Shown here: piece after piece, positions 1 to 13,245 of the stretch | Layout of the letters: every line of letters starts with the position of its first letter | Position numbering within the stretch: position 1 is the stretch's first letter | NCBI GenBank assembly: GCA_013265495.1 | Contig: MU058824.1 | Span: 1,515,111-1,579,110 of the forward strand | Length of the DNA: 64,000 nt | Reading direction: 5' to 3' | Source of the DNA: Vicugna vicugna | Lineage: Eukaryota | Translations under genes and position numbers: made by a program | Notes under the pieces: generated by a model | What the model saw: only the letters and a program-made list of their open reading frames with translations | Told to the model about the DNA's origin: nothing | Databases searched by the model: none

Positions 1-59
1 GAAATGAAAACAATGGGAGATGCTGGAAAATCAACAGTCCACTTAACTTAAAAGCTGTG

Positions 60-255
60 ATGTAGTGGAAAAGGCCAGTTGGCCCCTTAAATCAGAATGA
101 CAACCCAAAGTTTGTCACTTTCCCTATGCTACCTTGGACAAACCATTCAACCTCGCTAAGACTCTGGTTTTCTCTTCCATAAAATGGGCATAACAATGCC
201 TCAGAATTATGAGATAATTAAATGAAGTAATTTATGCAAAGGGCATTGCACTCTC
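60..255 (+). mobile_element. MIR SINE fragment
   Basis: MIR core-like 'accttggacaaaccattcaacctcgctaagactctggttttctcttccataaaatgggcataacaatgcc' followed by 'attaaatgaagtaatttatgcaaag'. Confidence 0.75.
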
Positions 256-869
256 AATTATACTGAATAGATATTCAGGGCAGTACGCCGTTGGAGCTGT
301 GTGCCTGTGCCTTCCCCTGCAGTGGGGATCTGTACCTCCCCTAGATTTCCTAAAAGTTGCCTAACTCCCCCCAAATAAGTTTATTTTTTAGAGACATAAG
401 GGTTTTATTTTGTTTCTGTTATAAGATTAAATCTAATATTTAAAAAAATCAGACCATAAATAAAAAGAAAATTGAAAAGGAAAGCAATAGTAAACAATAG
501 AAACCAAATGTAGTATTTTTAAAAAATCATTTTGTTGTTTTGTTGTTGTTGGATATTTTTTTAATGAACTGAGTCATCTTCTGGCTGAACTTCTCAAAAT
601 GAAAATATGAGAGGGAGAAAAATAGAACCCAAAGCAATAACAAAACAGAGAGCAAAGTGATACAAAAAACTTTTTTTTTCTTTAATAAAAGGAATACATG
701 TTCATGGTAAAAAAAAAATTCAAACAGTACAGAAGGATTAAGGTGAGAAATAGGTCCCTTTCACCTCTCCATTACCTCTCATCCCTGGTCCTATTAGCCA
801 GAGGTTGCCACTCTTGACAGTAAGAAACTTTTTATTTGTTGTTTTCACATTGCAAGTGAAGTATCCATC

Positions 870-1500
870 TTTTGAAGGAGAAGAAGAAATTTAGAAAATT
901 CCCAGAGGCATCCAATTTGCTAAAAGAGCATGAACTTTGTATAAAAGAATTAACTGCTTTCCAAGATCCTGACAAAATAAAGATATCAATCAAACTCCCC
1001 AAAGGAAGTCCAGATGGCCATGCAATTGAACTTTATCATGCTTATCGGCCTGGCAGTCTCCATGTCCTTGAAATACCCAGGAAAACCACTCAACAGAAAG
1101 CAACATCTGATACATATAGTGACTTCTTTACCAAACCAACCTAAAACTGGAAAAAATCCTATAAAATTGTTCCCTGGCACAGGATTCCTAATGGACATGG
1201 AAGCAAACTTCCTTCCAGACCCATCCTTTAAACGTAGACATGGATCTATCTGAAGTCAGGGGCTCTTAGGGTCACACACTTGTGCAGGGTCATGTAATAT
1301 CAGAAAAAGGCAGTATCACTGATCATATAAAGTGGATCATCTCAAAGCATTTGACAACATACAGTGTATTTTCAAATTTTAGAAGCACTTGAAAATAGAA
1401 CAATTGAACATGCTGGATTTTATTAAAATCACCTATGAAGTTTGAGTGGCTGGAATATTAAGAAGTGGGCAAAGAGTAACTAAAATATCACTTCAGTTGG
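870..1500 (+). mobile_element. Very ancient L1 ORF2 (reverse transcriptase N-terminal region) fossil
   Basis: Translated remnants IKLPKGSPDGHAIELY / LMDMEANFL / CNIRK / VDHLKAFDNIQ run collinear with L1 ORF2 SPGPDGFTAEFY / LMNIDAKIL / FNIRK / IDAEKAFDKIQ. Contains a frameshift and stops. Confidence 0.75.
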
Positions 1501-1544
1501 ATGCCACTTTTTCTTTGTCCTTTGGGGGGTTTTTTTGTATATAT

Positions 1545-2040
1545 ATTTTTTTATTGAAGTATAGTCAGTTTACAATGTTGTGCTGTTCTGGTGTACAGCA
1601 TAATGCTTCAATCATACATGAACAAATGCATTAATTTTCATATTCTTTTTCACCGTAAGTTACTACAAGATATTGAATATAATTCCATATGCAATATAGT
1701 ATGAACTTGTTATTTATGTATTTTATTTATGCTAGTTAGTATCTGCAAATCTCAAACTCCCAATTTATCCCTTCCCACCCTTTGCCCCTACCCCATAACC
1801 ATATATTTGTTTTATATGTCTGTTAGCCTGTTTCTGTTTTGTAAATAAGTTTGTTTGTCTTTTTTTAGATTCCACATGTAAGTGATATCATATGGTATTT
1901 TTATTTCTCATTCTGGTTTACTTCACTTAGAATGACAATCTCCAGGTCCATCCATGTTGCTGCAAATGACATTATTTTATTTTTTATGGCTGAGTAGTAT
2001 TCCTTTGTATAAATATACCATAACTTATTTATCCTGTCCT
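1545..2040 (-). mobile_element. Lineage-specific L1 3' end (ORF2 C-terminus + 3' UTR), 5'-truncated
   Basis: The - strand encodes INKLWYIYTKEYYSAIKNKIMSFAATWMDLEIVILSEV (L1 ORF2 end). The UTR 'ttgaagtatagtcagtttacaatgttgtg' is near-identical in inverted orientation to the copy at 52531-53465. Confidence 0.92.
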
Positions 2041-2516
2041 TTATTTTTTTAATATAATATAGAGCTGGGTTGGTGGGGCAAAGGGGATAACAGATTTCAT
2101 TAGCAAAAAAAAAACAAACAAAAAGACTCACTGTTGTTATTCAAAGAGGCTTGAAACAAGATTGGCGGGATAGGATGTATTGCTTCTGATCATAGTGTGT
2201 TCCTGAAAACCAGGCCATAAACCAGATCCGTGAAAAGCAAATCATATTTTACCCAATAGGGAGGATGTTGTCATTGAAGTTGCTTTGCTAATCAAGAATT
2301 CAGCCCTAAATGAACCCTGTGTGACTTTTCCAACCCCAAGCTATGCCAGCCACAGGGAAGCAAGACCTCCAGCCCTCCTCCCAGACCTCCAGCCCTCCTC
2401 CCCTTCTTGCAAGAAGCCTCATGAAGAACCATGATGAGAGGGCTTCTCCATGCCATCTCCTCTCCCCACTATAGAAACACATGCAGAAGGTGTCCCGGTA
2501 ATAGTGAATAATGCAC

Positions 2517-3340
2517 ATTTATTCATTCAATAAACATACACGTGTGCTTTGTGCGTGCTTATGGTCTCACATATGGAGAAGGACCCAAGGATATAGACCA
2601 CTAACTATAGCATGCAGTGTGATGCCAAAGAGTCTTTCTAGAATATGCTGAGATTAAAAAATGAAATATTGTATTTCATCAAATCTATGACACCATTATT
2701 TTGTGTATCACCAAGAAAGAAAAAAAATATTGCCAATTATAAAATGCCATCAGTGGCAAGGTGCATCCTGATTCCAGAGATAAGTAAAAATGTGTGTCTT
2801 AGAATGGGTGAATGTGGTAATTAACTTTTAAAGAAGTGATAAGTGGTATCTCTCAGCATGAGCCAAGCCTTGCTATGGAAGCTGAGAGAAGGTAGCAGTT
2901 ATTTCTGCTGGAGTGACTGGAGGAGATATCATAGGGATTGACATTTGATCTGGGTCTTGAAGGATGTTGCGAATAGGAGACAGTGGGAAGAATATTCCAG
3001 GTTGGAGGAATAGGATGAGCAAAGATATAGAAACAGAAAAGAGCAGGCATGTTTATGGACCAACTAATATATTTTAAGTGTTAGAAGATAGAAGGTGTGG
3101 AGAAGGAGAGCTGGTTACTGAAGGAGGAAACATTGAAACCAGACTGTAAATAGCCTATAATCCCAGTCTTGAGGGTTTGTACCCACAGAGAGCCATAGAA
3201 TGTTTTGAGCTGAGAGAGACATGATTAGAGCCAAGCTCTGGAAAGGTTAGTCTGACAGGGCAGATGAAGGTTAGGTTGGAGAAGGGTAAGTCTAGGGGCA
3301 GGGACACAAGTTAGAAAATTGCAACCAGCCAGGTAAGGGG
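2517..3340 (-). mobile_element. L2 LINE 3' fragment, interrupted by MER104
   Basis: L2 tail reverse complement 'attcattcaataaacat' and body 'gacatttgatctgggtcttgaaggatg...gacatgattagag'. Confidence 0.65.
2669..2818 (-). mobile_element. MER104-like MITE (TcMar-Tc2)
   Basis: Degenerate TIRs 'tgtatttcatcaaatcta' ... 'tcttagaatgggtgaatgtgg' flanked by TA; interior 'caccattattttgtgtatcaccaagaaagaaaaaaaatattgccaattata' matches recalled MER104. Confidence 0.8.
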
Positions 3341-3409
3341 TGGGTAGAGAAAACTAAGGGGCTGCACACAGAAGGAAGTCAGATTACAAAAGGCTGAGGC
3401 AACCGTACG

Positions 3410-3750
3410 GCCATGAGAATAAAAGATCTACAACCACACCCAGCAGTGTGGGTGAATCTCACAAACATAACTCTGAGTGAAAGAAGCCAGAGACAAAGGA
3501 GGACGGGTGGTGATTCCATTTATATCAAGACCAAGAAAAGGCAAAAACCAATCAGCAGTGTTAGCGGTCAGGATGGTGGTTATTCCGAGAGAGGTTAGTG
3601 ACTGGCAGGAGACATGATGGGATTTTCTGGGTGCTAGTAAGATACTGGCTCTTGGTGCTGTCTTTATGGGTGTGTTCACTTTATGAAAATTAATTGAGCT
3701 GTGCACTTAAGATTCATGCATTTTTCTGTATGTATGTTATGGTTCAATAC
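3410..3750 (+). mobile_element. Old L1 (L1MC/ME-type) 3' end
   Basis: 'gtgggtgaatctcacaaacataactctgagtgaaagaagccagagacaaa...gattccatttata...ttcactttatgaaaattaattgagctgtgcacttaagatt'. Confidence 0.85.
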
Positions 3751-4059
3751 ATTAACCCCCCCCACCATAAATTGGGGCCATAGAGAAAGACATGGAAGTA
3801 GGGGTCCAGAATGGAGGAACCTGCTGGAGCATGCAGGCACTCAATCCCAGAATGAGCTGAGGCTTTGGAATAATGTCGCAGGCCACCCTAGGAGTTTTGT
3901 AGGGTGAACTTGGAGCAAGCATGGGTGGAGGATAAAGAGAACGCAAAACTTTCTCACCTCCAGGCTTGTGACAGAGACACAATAGACTTTTGGTGGAGAA
4001 TGAACAGCAAACAGAAATAGCAGAGCGAGCATGGGTAAGAGGAAAATGATGGATGAGGT

Positions 4060-5380
4060 GAATCGGAGAGGGCACCTAGGTTCTTTCAATGAGCCCACGT
4101 CTCCAGGTCCAGATGAAACTGTGGGTGGGATACAGAGAGAGCATCTAAGGATCTCTGGGGGATGAAAGAAAGGAAGGCTTACATGGTGGGGGATGCAGCA
4201 GAGTTTCGATATTCTGAGAGACTAAAAAGGTGACCTCGTCATAAGGGGTTTTGAGCGTTGACCCTTGGCAGAATTTGAGAAGGACTGATTATGCAAACAA
4301 TCTGTGATCACACAGAGAAGAGGAAGTGATCCCTAAGAATGGATGTGGGTTCACCAAAAACCAGCCCAGCCATAATCACTTGTATTTGTAGAGTTACTAA
4401 TCTAACAGGCCAGAGAAATAAGGAGACAGTATGCATCAGGGTTTCAGAAAAAACTTTAGCAGTGTTCTCACGATATTTTGGAGTGTACGATGGAGAAACA
4501 TGGACTGCAGAATTTGGAAGCTGGGGGATTTTCAGTGGGTTTGGTCACAGGGCCAGACAGGGAAGATGATCCCCAGTGTGGGCAGTCACAAAGCTCTGTC
4601 TTCGTTATTCTCCTATTTGATGTTTCAACCCATGCTTCAGGTTAAGGAAGAAAATCAGATTGTCCAATAAAAATGGCATTAACTGAGGGAGGTGGTGAAT
4701 ATGAAGAGGAACAGTTCCAAGATGCAGGATGCCCTCAATAGGCTGGAACATTGGGACATAATTATGAATGGAATGTTTTAAGCCTGTACATAGGTCCCTG
4801 AATTAAACTGCTAATAAACAGATCAGAGAGATCTGGCTTGCTGTTCATTTGAAACAGCATGACAAGTCTATAGAAATCAAACGTAGGGCTCTTGGAGAAC
4901 CACAAGCTTCCTATGATCCAAAGGAGTGATGTGGCTGTTAGCAAAGTTCAGGTAACTCTGGACTGTGAGGACAGCAGGGACAGCAGTCTAGAGTGTTGAG
5001 CACAAAGAGATGGCCCTGCTACTCTATATGCTTTTCAGCCCATGTGGAGGGTTGGTCGTCAGTTCTGGGTATCACCTTTGAAGAGAGCTGTGGATAGACT
5101 CTAGACTGGTGGCCAGGGAACATTGCAGAATCTGGGTACACATCTCCTGAGGAAGAGAAGACTTGATTTGGATTGGAGTAATGAGGTACCCGTGAGCTGT
5201 CGTTTGTCAGGGGCCACCATAGGTGAGGGGGAGCACCATAGACTCCAGCAACAAACTGAGATCCACAGTGGATGCTATCAAAAGGCTTAGGTGGAGCCTA
5301 AGAAACAGCATGCAAATACCCCATTAATCAAATAATGGAGTGGGAACCTCAGGAGGCACTGATCTTGCCATCTCCAGCAG
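4060..5380 (+). mobile_element. CR1/L3 LINE RT and 3' fragment
   Basis: CR1-type segments 'tctccaggtccagatgaa', 'gggttcaccaaaaaccag', 'caggatgccctcaataggctggaacattggg', 'gtgatgtggctgttagcaaag', 'cagttctgggtatcacctttgaagagag'. Confidence 0.75.
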
Positions 5381-5439
5381 TATGATTTTCATTATTATTA
5401 TTAGTTGCTTTCCTAGTAAGTGCCTAGTACTGTGCATCA

Positions 5440-5700
5440 TCTTACTTAATAAGAGAGTTCATTATATGTGAAATTCTTTGAAGAGTCCCTGGCACATGTG
5501 AGTGCTCAATACGTACTAGCTTTTGTTATTATTTAATCCTCACAATAATCTTGTTGTTGTGAAAGAGCAATTGTTTATTGCCACTTTACAGGTGAGGAAA
5601 CTGAAACTCAGGAGGGTAAGTGACTTTCCTAAAATGGTACCACTAATAATTGATAAGCCAGAATTTGAACCCAGGACCACCTGACTCCAAAACTCACCAT
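5440..5700. mobile_element. Two abutting MIR fragments in opposite orientations
   Basis: 'cctggcacatgtgagtgctcaatac' (+), then 'tttaatcctcacaataatc...tttacaggtgaggaaactgaaactcaggagggtaagtgactt...atttgaacccagg' (-). Confidence 0.8.
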
Positions 5701-6227
5701 TGTCCTTAAGGTTTGGTGAGTGTTTGGACCAGACACTTGATAGGACACTTTATCTTCTAAGGCTCTGTTCCTAAACTGTGCCTCTTGTCTGTCTATAATC
5801 TCCTTTGTAAAGGATCTTACTGTTTTTGAAACCTCTAAATGGGAGGTGGTATCCTTCTGGAGACCACTCAGTTATGAGCTAAATTTCCTGCCTATGCACG
5901 CTTAAGACCTGTCCAGCCGACATGGAGCAAGATGACTCCCCTATCCTTCTGCTGTTCTCAAACCAAACGAGAAGCATGGGTGGAATGAGAGGCTCCAGGT
6001 TCTGCTGGTGCACCCCAGACTTGGCACTGACTCCTGAAGGATTTAGTCACAGACTGTCTCCTGGCCAGATGCTGTCCCCTGGTAACCCCAAAGGAGAGCC
6101 AGCTTCATCTCTGCTTTGGTGGGGGACCTTGGCCAAGTCATCTTACCTCTTTCTCGTTTTGACCCTCAGCAGCATTCTTTACTTCTTTAAGACCATTTCC
6201 TCCTCAGTCACATAAGGGCATCTTCAA

Positions 6228-6476
6228 GGAGAGGCATGTGGAGTAGAGGTGATGGCAGGAGTTTGGGGTCAGACAGATTGAGTTTGGGCCCCATTGCTGC
6301 CTCTGCTGGGTATCATTAGGCATGCCATTTAATCCATCTGGACCTCAGTCTCATAATTTGCAAAACTGGGATCCTAACACCTATTTTTCAGGCAGTCATG
6401 AAGATTAAGATGATGCATACCAAGGTGTCTGGCACAGAGTAGGTAGGTGTTTAATAAATGGTAGCTATTATTATTA
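6228..6476 (+). mobile_element. MIR, near full length
   Basis: 'ggggtcagacagattgagtttggg...atctggacctcagtctcataatttgcaaaactggg...tggcacagagtaggtaggtgtttaataaatggtagctattatt'. Confidence 0.85.
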
Positions 6477-7364
6477 CTCCAGCTGTGTCACCAGACCACA
6501 TTTGATTCTTGAAACCCAATTTTACGGTTTAAAAAACATGCCTTGTGAAAAAAGAAAAGCAACTTAGATTCATGTAGCTAATCTTTTTTGGAGCCATCAT
6601 TCATAACTTATCCATTAAAAAATGGAAATGAAAACAAACAATGTACTTAAAAAAACAGCTACTTGGTTGAAAGAAACATTTCAATGCACACATGAATAAG
6701 AAATACATGGGAGATATCTGTAAAGATGGCTTATAATTTTTTTAAAGAAAAACATAAAAGAAGACCTCCCTGTTGTTGAGAGTTAGAATAGAGATAGGTG
6801 TGGATGACAGGTCAGACTGGGAACAAGGTCTTGGAAACTGGACTCAGTTCCTAGGAGGAGGCAGCTGGAGGAGGGCAGATCTGAGCAGCTGGCATCAGAG
6901 TGGCAAAGGGTGTCCAGCCCAATGTGGAAGGAGAACAGGCAGCAGGGTGAGGCCTGATTAGCCTCCCATTGTCATGATCCTGCTTAAAGGGATGGGGTGT
7001 CCTGCTGACGGGCAGCCAATGGACCATGCATGGTCCCCCAGAGTCCCCAGAAGGGGAACAGGCATCATCTTTCAACACAGCCCAAACTCTAAACTAGGGT
7101 TTGGACACTAGCTTCTGGTTCTTGTGTGTAGGGAGAAAGGACTGCTAAGGAGGCAGAGTTTGGGAAGGAAGGTGAGGATTTAAGCCATACAGACCTGGAC
7201 TGACATTCATGTTTTATCACTTTCTAGGGGTGTGACCCTGAGCACATTGCTTTCTAAAGTCTCTACTACGTTTCTTGTAAGTTGTTTACCATAGTCCTGA
7301 GATTTGGCATCTGCCAGTGCATTTTATTCCCATTAATAATAAAAAGAATGAGTATTAACCCAGC

Positions 7365-8060
7365 CACTTCTCACCACTTCCTCTGCTTGTAGCCTGGTTC
7401 TTGCTACCATAAGTGGCTGATTGTCTAACCAGTCTCTCTGCTTCCTCCCTTCCTCCTACCAACGACTTTTCACTTGGCAGCCAGAGAGATCCTGTTAAAA
7501 TAGATTAGATCATGTCACTGCTGCACTCAGTACCCTGTAGTTATTCCCCACTCTGTCATGTGCAAGCCAGAGTCCTGACAGTGCCCAGGTTCTACCTGGT
7601 CCTGCCTGCCTTTGACCTTGGGTACTACTGCTTTCCCCTGTTCATTCGATTCCAGCCACACTGGCTTCCTGATGGTTCCTTGAACATGCCAGGCACACTT
7701 CTGTCTCAGAGCCTCTGCCCTTGCAGTTCCTCCACCTGGAACACTATTTGCGTGTCTTGCTTACTTACCTCCTTTAGGTCTTTACTGAAAAGTCATCTCA
7801 GTGTGTCCTTCTGTGACCTCCCAATTTCAAACTGTAGCTGTACCCTGTCAGTCTCAGTCCTCTTTCCTGCTGTATTGTTATCTATAGCACTTTTCATGAA
7901 CTGACATACTAAAATATCTTCTTTCTGTTTATTGTCTCTCTTTCTCCATTAGAATGTCAGTTTTATGAGGGCAGGGATTTTAGTTTGACTTGTCCTCAGC
8001 TCCTAGGATGCTGCTCAGCACACAGTAGACAATGCAAAACATTGATTGAAGGAGTGAATT
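7365..8060 (+). mobile_element. L2a 3' portion
   Basis: 'ccagccacactggcttcctgatggttccttgaacatgccaggcacac', 'tagaatgtcagttttatgagggcaggga', tail 'attgattgaaggagtgaat'. Confidence 0.85.
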
Positions 8061-9069
8061 ATTACCAAGTAAGAGGCTAAATTCCAGCTTTAGAAGAACA
8101 TGGACCCAAGGCTGGTGACCGAGGCAGGAACTCAGACCTGAGGAAGCATGCTGGGGATCCAGTTACCCAAACTGGAATTCAGGCCAAGTTAGAATCTGGG
8201 AACCAGAAGAATGCTCAGACACTAGAAATGGGGCATGAGATCACAGCTTGGCCTGGAGCCAGGCTGATGGAGAGTGAGATTGGTGCTCCTCAGGTCAGGG
8301 CTAGTCCCAGGCCATGTGTCTAGGGGCCAGGTCATCCCATAAGTGAAGACAAAGAGGCTTACAAGTAGTTACCAGGCAGGGCCTTCAACCACTTAGTAAA
8401 TGTCAAGCAAAGTTATGCCAGCTTTCAACTTATTCCCAGATGTGTGTCAGTGGATATTCCATATTGGCACGGCATGCAAGGAAAACACAAATGACTAAGG
8501 GAAAAAAGGGGAAAAAAGAGTGAAAATTTTCATTCAGAAACCTGAGCTGAGAAGTTGAGGAATGGCAGATGCTGGAAACCTATGACTAGGGAATATCTGT
8601 GATGTCAAGATACCAGTTAAGAGAGCATCTGGGGATTAAACTGTCCTCTGGACCTTTTTTTTTTTTTTTTGGTGGACATGCTCAAGTGAGCTCTGCCCAT
8701 ACAAACCCTCCAGCTTAGACAGCAGCAAATGCTAAGTGGAGCCTGAGAGATGGTGTCTGCAGAAGCCTAGAAAGAGTTGGACAGAGAGAATTTGGCCTGG
8801 TTTCCCCAGAGCTGTCCAAGGTGCTCTCCAGGAGTTGGTCCCAGCCTCTCCTCTCCATCTTCGTGCTTCCTGATAATAACCAACCTGGCCTATGATTCAG
8901 GGCTGCCTCTGAGTCACCCCAGAAGAGCAAGTCTGTGGGTGACATGTGGTCCAACTCCTTCACCACATGCCCAAGGGAACCAAGGTTCAGAACAATCCGA
9001 AGTCAGGGCAGTCCCCCTCCCATAGGAGAACCTGTTCTCCATCCTGACTTCCACTGCACTGTGTATAGA

Positions 9070-9245
9070 GCTCTTAATGGCTCTGGGTTCCAGTCCTCCC
9101 TTAATAGTTCTATGTACTTTGACAAGTTATAGACCCTCTCTGAGCCTCAGAGTATTCATCTGTAAAGTGAGAAAGGTAAACACAGTACTTAGTTCCTAGG
9201 GCTGTTGTGAGGATTCCACAATAAGGCTGTAAGCAAGTGTTCAGT
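9070..9245 (+). mobile_element. MIR fragment
   Basis: 'tttgacaagttatagaccctctctgagcctcagagtattcatctgtaaagtg...cctagggctgttgtgaggatt'. Confidence 0.8.
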
Positions 9246-10523
9246 GAAGGTTAAACTCTCAACCTTGTGACAAGGTCGTCCATATTGCCCACAATGGTTG
9301 TTTCAGGCTCAAGGAGGTTTTCAGATTTGATGTCCTATAGTGTCCTCCTCATTAATCACCTCTTAGGATTTTATATTTTAACGACCACGATTCCTATTCT
9401 TCAAGCTTGGAGAGGTACATGGGGTCCCAGGCTCTAGGTCAGATTACAGGACTGCTTTGCTTAATTAAGGTTAGCCAGTGCAGCCAGAGAGCCAGTGCGA
9501 CCCGGCAGAGAGAAGGCCAAGTCAAGAGGAGCATGGATCTGCTCTGGCCTAAGGACAGTGCTCCGACCCAGAGAAGGGGGAGTCCGGGGAAGAATTCTAG
9601 GGCGGAGCCCTCTTCGGGAATGGGGACAAGGGGCGGCCAAATGCCTGGAGGGGGCGGTAGCACACGCAAGATGAAGACCCTAATCTCTTGGGGTTGGCAA
9701 AGGGCGGCTCAGTCTGGTAGGAAGGGAGGGGGACTTAGAGGAAAGACTCTAAGGGCCGGACACCTTAGCACCAAGGGGCGTTCAAGCGCCGGCGGCATCT
9801 TCGGCCGCCCCTTCGGGCTCACAGCGCACCCCCGCCACCCCGGCACCCGCGCAGGCCAGGAAAGCGTGGGCTGCAGGTGCCTCTAGGACGCCTCGGTGGC
9901 GCGCTCACAGTCCAGACCTTCCCAGCCAGACCTCTGAGAAGCAGTCCCAAATCACAGTGCAGGTGCTACAGGAAGAGCTCGGCGAAGCGGCGGCGGCCAC
10001 TACGTGTGCCAGCACACCGCCCTCGTTTCCCCAGCTCCTGTCCCAGGGCGCTCAGGTCCCCGGAGGTCGCGGGCAGCGGGCAGCCGGCGCGGCGGAGCGC
10101 CGGGGGTGCATGTGTGCGTGTGCTGGGAAGGCAGCCCTCCCCGCGGCCGCCGCAGCGCCAGCGCCTCCCCTCCCCCGGCGCGCACGGCCCGTCCCTGTCT
10201 CCGGAGGCGGCCCAAGCCGCCGCGGAGCAGACTCGCTTTCGCCTCCCGCGTTTCCTGCCGCCCGCCCTCCCCCAGCCGGGCTCCAGGGGCTGCCGCCAAG
10301 CGGTTCTCGGCGGGAGAGCGGCTCACAGCGCGCACGGGGGCGGGCGGAGGCGGCCCGGTTCGGGGCGGCCGCGCCGGAGAGAGGCGCGCGCGGAGACGCC
10401 GGCCCCCCTCTCCGCATTTGCTCGCTGGCTCCCCGCCTCCCGCACCCCGCTCGCTCCCACCCCTTCCCGGCGTGATTGATCCGTCACGGGCGCCGCCGCC
10501 GCTACCGCCGCCGCGGCCGTTCT

Positions 10524-11092
<569 letters not shown>

Positions 11093-12984
11093 TGATTGAC
11101 CCGCCCATGCCTACCGAGGGCACCGCGGGCTGGGGCTCAGTGCTCACCCCCTGGGTCCCGCCGGGTTTGGCTGACACAGCTGGTACCAAGATTTGCTGAG
11201 CATCTTCCTCCTCTGGGATTTTATTTGTGTGTATGCTTGTGGGATGTGGAATAGAAGGCTAAGGTCCCTTTTAACCAGAGAAGGTGTGGAGATGGTGGGG
11301 ACTGGACCCCCATCAAAAGGCCTTCAGCGGTCACCCCTGCCAGGTCCCGCTGGTGGGGCTGTAGAGTGGGAGGAACAGGCGCACTGACTATAAACGGGGC
11401 CACCCGAGGATAGAGAGGCCACGGGCCTGCTTGCGGGCCCCAGAAAAGCCTAGCTGTGCTTTGAGGTCCGGAGGGCTCGGGGAGCACAGGGGCCAGAGCG
11501 CGCAGCAGGGCTGGGCGCCTGATGCGCGCTAGCAGCTCGGAGCCCGCACGGCGCGGGCCGGTGTGGGGCCGCCGACTCTGTAGCGTTGCTGCCTGCGTGT
11601 GCCCGGCGCTTCCTGTGGCCCGAGCGGTTTTCTGAGGGTTAGTTGCTCAGAGAGGTGTCTCCCCGTACATGCCGGGGTGCCCGGCCGCGCCGCTGCTGGT
11701 GGCCAGGCAGTTGCGGGCGCAGTTTCCCCGGGCGCAGACTTGAAGCACGGACTTAGAGCGCAGAAGCCGGCTTGTCCTCCCTGCCTCCTTCTCTGAGGGG
11801 AGCAGAAGAGCCAAGAGCTTTCCATCCCAAACTGCCTCCTCACACCCTCAACTTGGGTTCCGGCTGAAGCCCTAGCGCGGATCGTCACCGTCCGCCTGAG
11901 GACTGGGGTGCGCCGTGGGGCCTTGGAGGAGCGATCGGCCGCCGCGCGAGGTCGGGTTTGCGAGTTTTTCTGGACTCAGGGAGCCCCTACGCTCCGGCTG
12001 CAGCGTTTAAGACGCGGCCTGAAGGGGGCAGTGATTTCCTGTGCAGTACGCTCGATTGGCGCCTCTTCCACCGCGCCAAGCCCCGACAAGGCGCTGCGCT
12101 TGACCCGGCTTCCAGGGGCTCCCCGGGCACTTCTGCTTGAGCCCCGGTGCAAACCCCTTTCGGAGAGGATGGTCGCGCTGCCGCGCTAATCCTGCAGCCT
12201 AGGATCGGCTTCCTTCTCTGTTTGACCACCCCCTCCCCCTTTTTTTCTCTTTTGGTCCCGGGAGAAAGCGCAGAAATCTGGATTGCATTTTATTCCCCGC
12301 CTCCCCCTTTCACTGATGAACCAGCCTGCTCTGCGCTGTAAATAAAAGGTGAAGGAACGGGTGGCAGTTGGTGGCGGTGCGCGCAGGCTGCTGCAAGCGG
12401 AGAGGCTTCCTCTGCCCCAGGAGGATGTGAGCTGGGGAGCTATGCAGAGTCAACCTATGAGGAATCATTTCTGAATGGCATTCCTATCTTTCCCAGAACA
12501 TTTCAAGTTCTCTGGGGTACTTGTACGGCACGCATAAACGGAGAGGGCAATGCAATTATACTCAGCCACGTCTTCTCGTACTGTTTCTGTTGCTCCACAT
12601 ATATATTTTTGGAAAGGACATGGGAGAGCCAGTTCTTTGGAGACAAAACCATTTATGGACAGGGTAGCCTTGCTTGCATCATCACCAAATATTGTCAGGT
12701 GCATAAGGTTTTCACTGTCAACTTATTCCCTTCAGAAAGCTTTCCTGAGAGAGATTTCACATTAGCTTGTTTGTGGCATCAAAGGGAACGGTGCTCAATT
12801 TCAGCATGTGGGCTGATGCTGCTTTATTTTATTTTTCAAGTGTATCTTGATGACTTTCTGAGTGAGAGGGGGCCCAAAGTCAAGAGGAGGAGGCAGTCAG
12901 AAGGCACTTCAGCTCATGAGGAAGGAGGGCAGAGGGTAATCTCAGCCTCATGAAAACAGGGAAGCATATCTAGCCATTTGAAGG

Positions 12985-13245
12985 GTCACAGAGCATGGGT
13001 TTTGGGGTGAGTCTGACCTGAGTTCTAGTCAGAAGCCTGTTGTCTCCCCCCTGGGTGACCTTGAGCAAGGTATTTAATCTCACTAAGCCTAGATTTCCAC
13101 TTCTGAAGAAATAGGGCCATGATATGCTATAGGACGGTATTGTGATGCTTAAGGGAGATAACAGGCCTGAGTGGAAACTGCCTTGAGCTGTTAGGTGCAG
13201 CAGCCAGTGCTCTGTCTGGCATGCTGTAAGCACTAAATAAATGTT
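12985..13245 (+). mobile_element. MIR
   Basis: 'gggtgaccttgagcaaggtatttaatctcactaagcctagatttccacttctgaag...gtaagcactaaataaatgt'. Confidence 0.8.

Noticed and set aside
872..1253. Small novel gene or processed pseudogene
   Set aside because: Better explained as frameshifted L1 ORF2 RT remnants.
9764..9783. REST/RE1 site in the promoter (ttagcaccaaggggcg)
   Set aside because: Only the left half resembles RE1; the GGACAG right half is missing.
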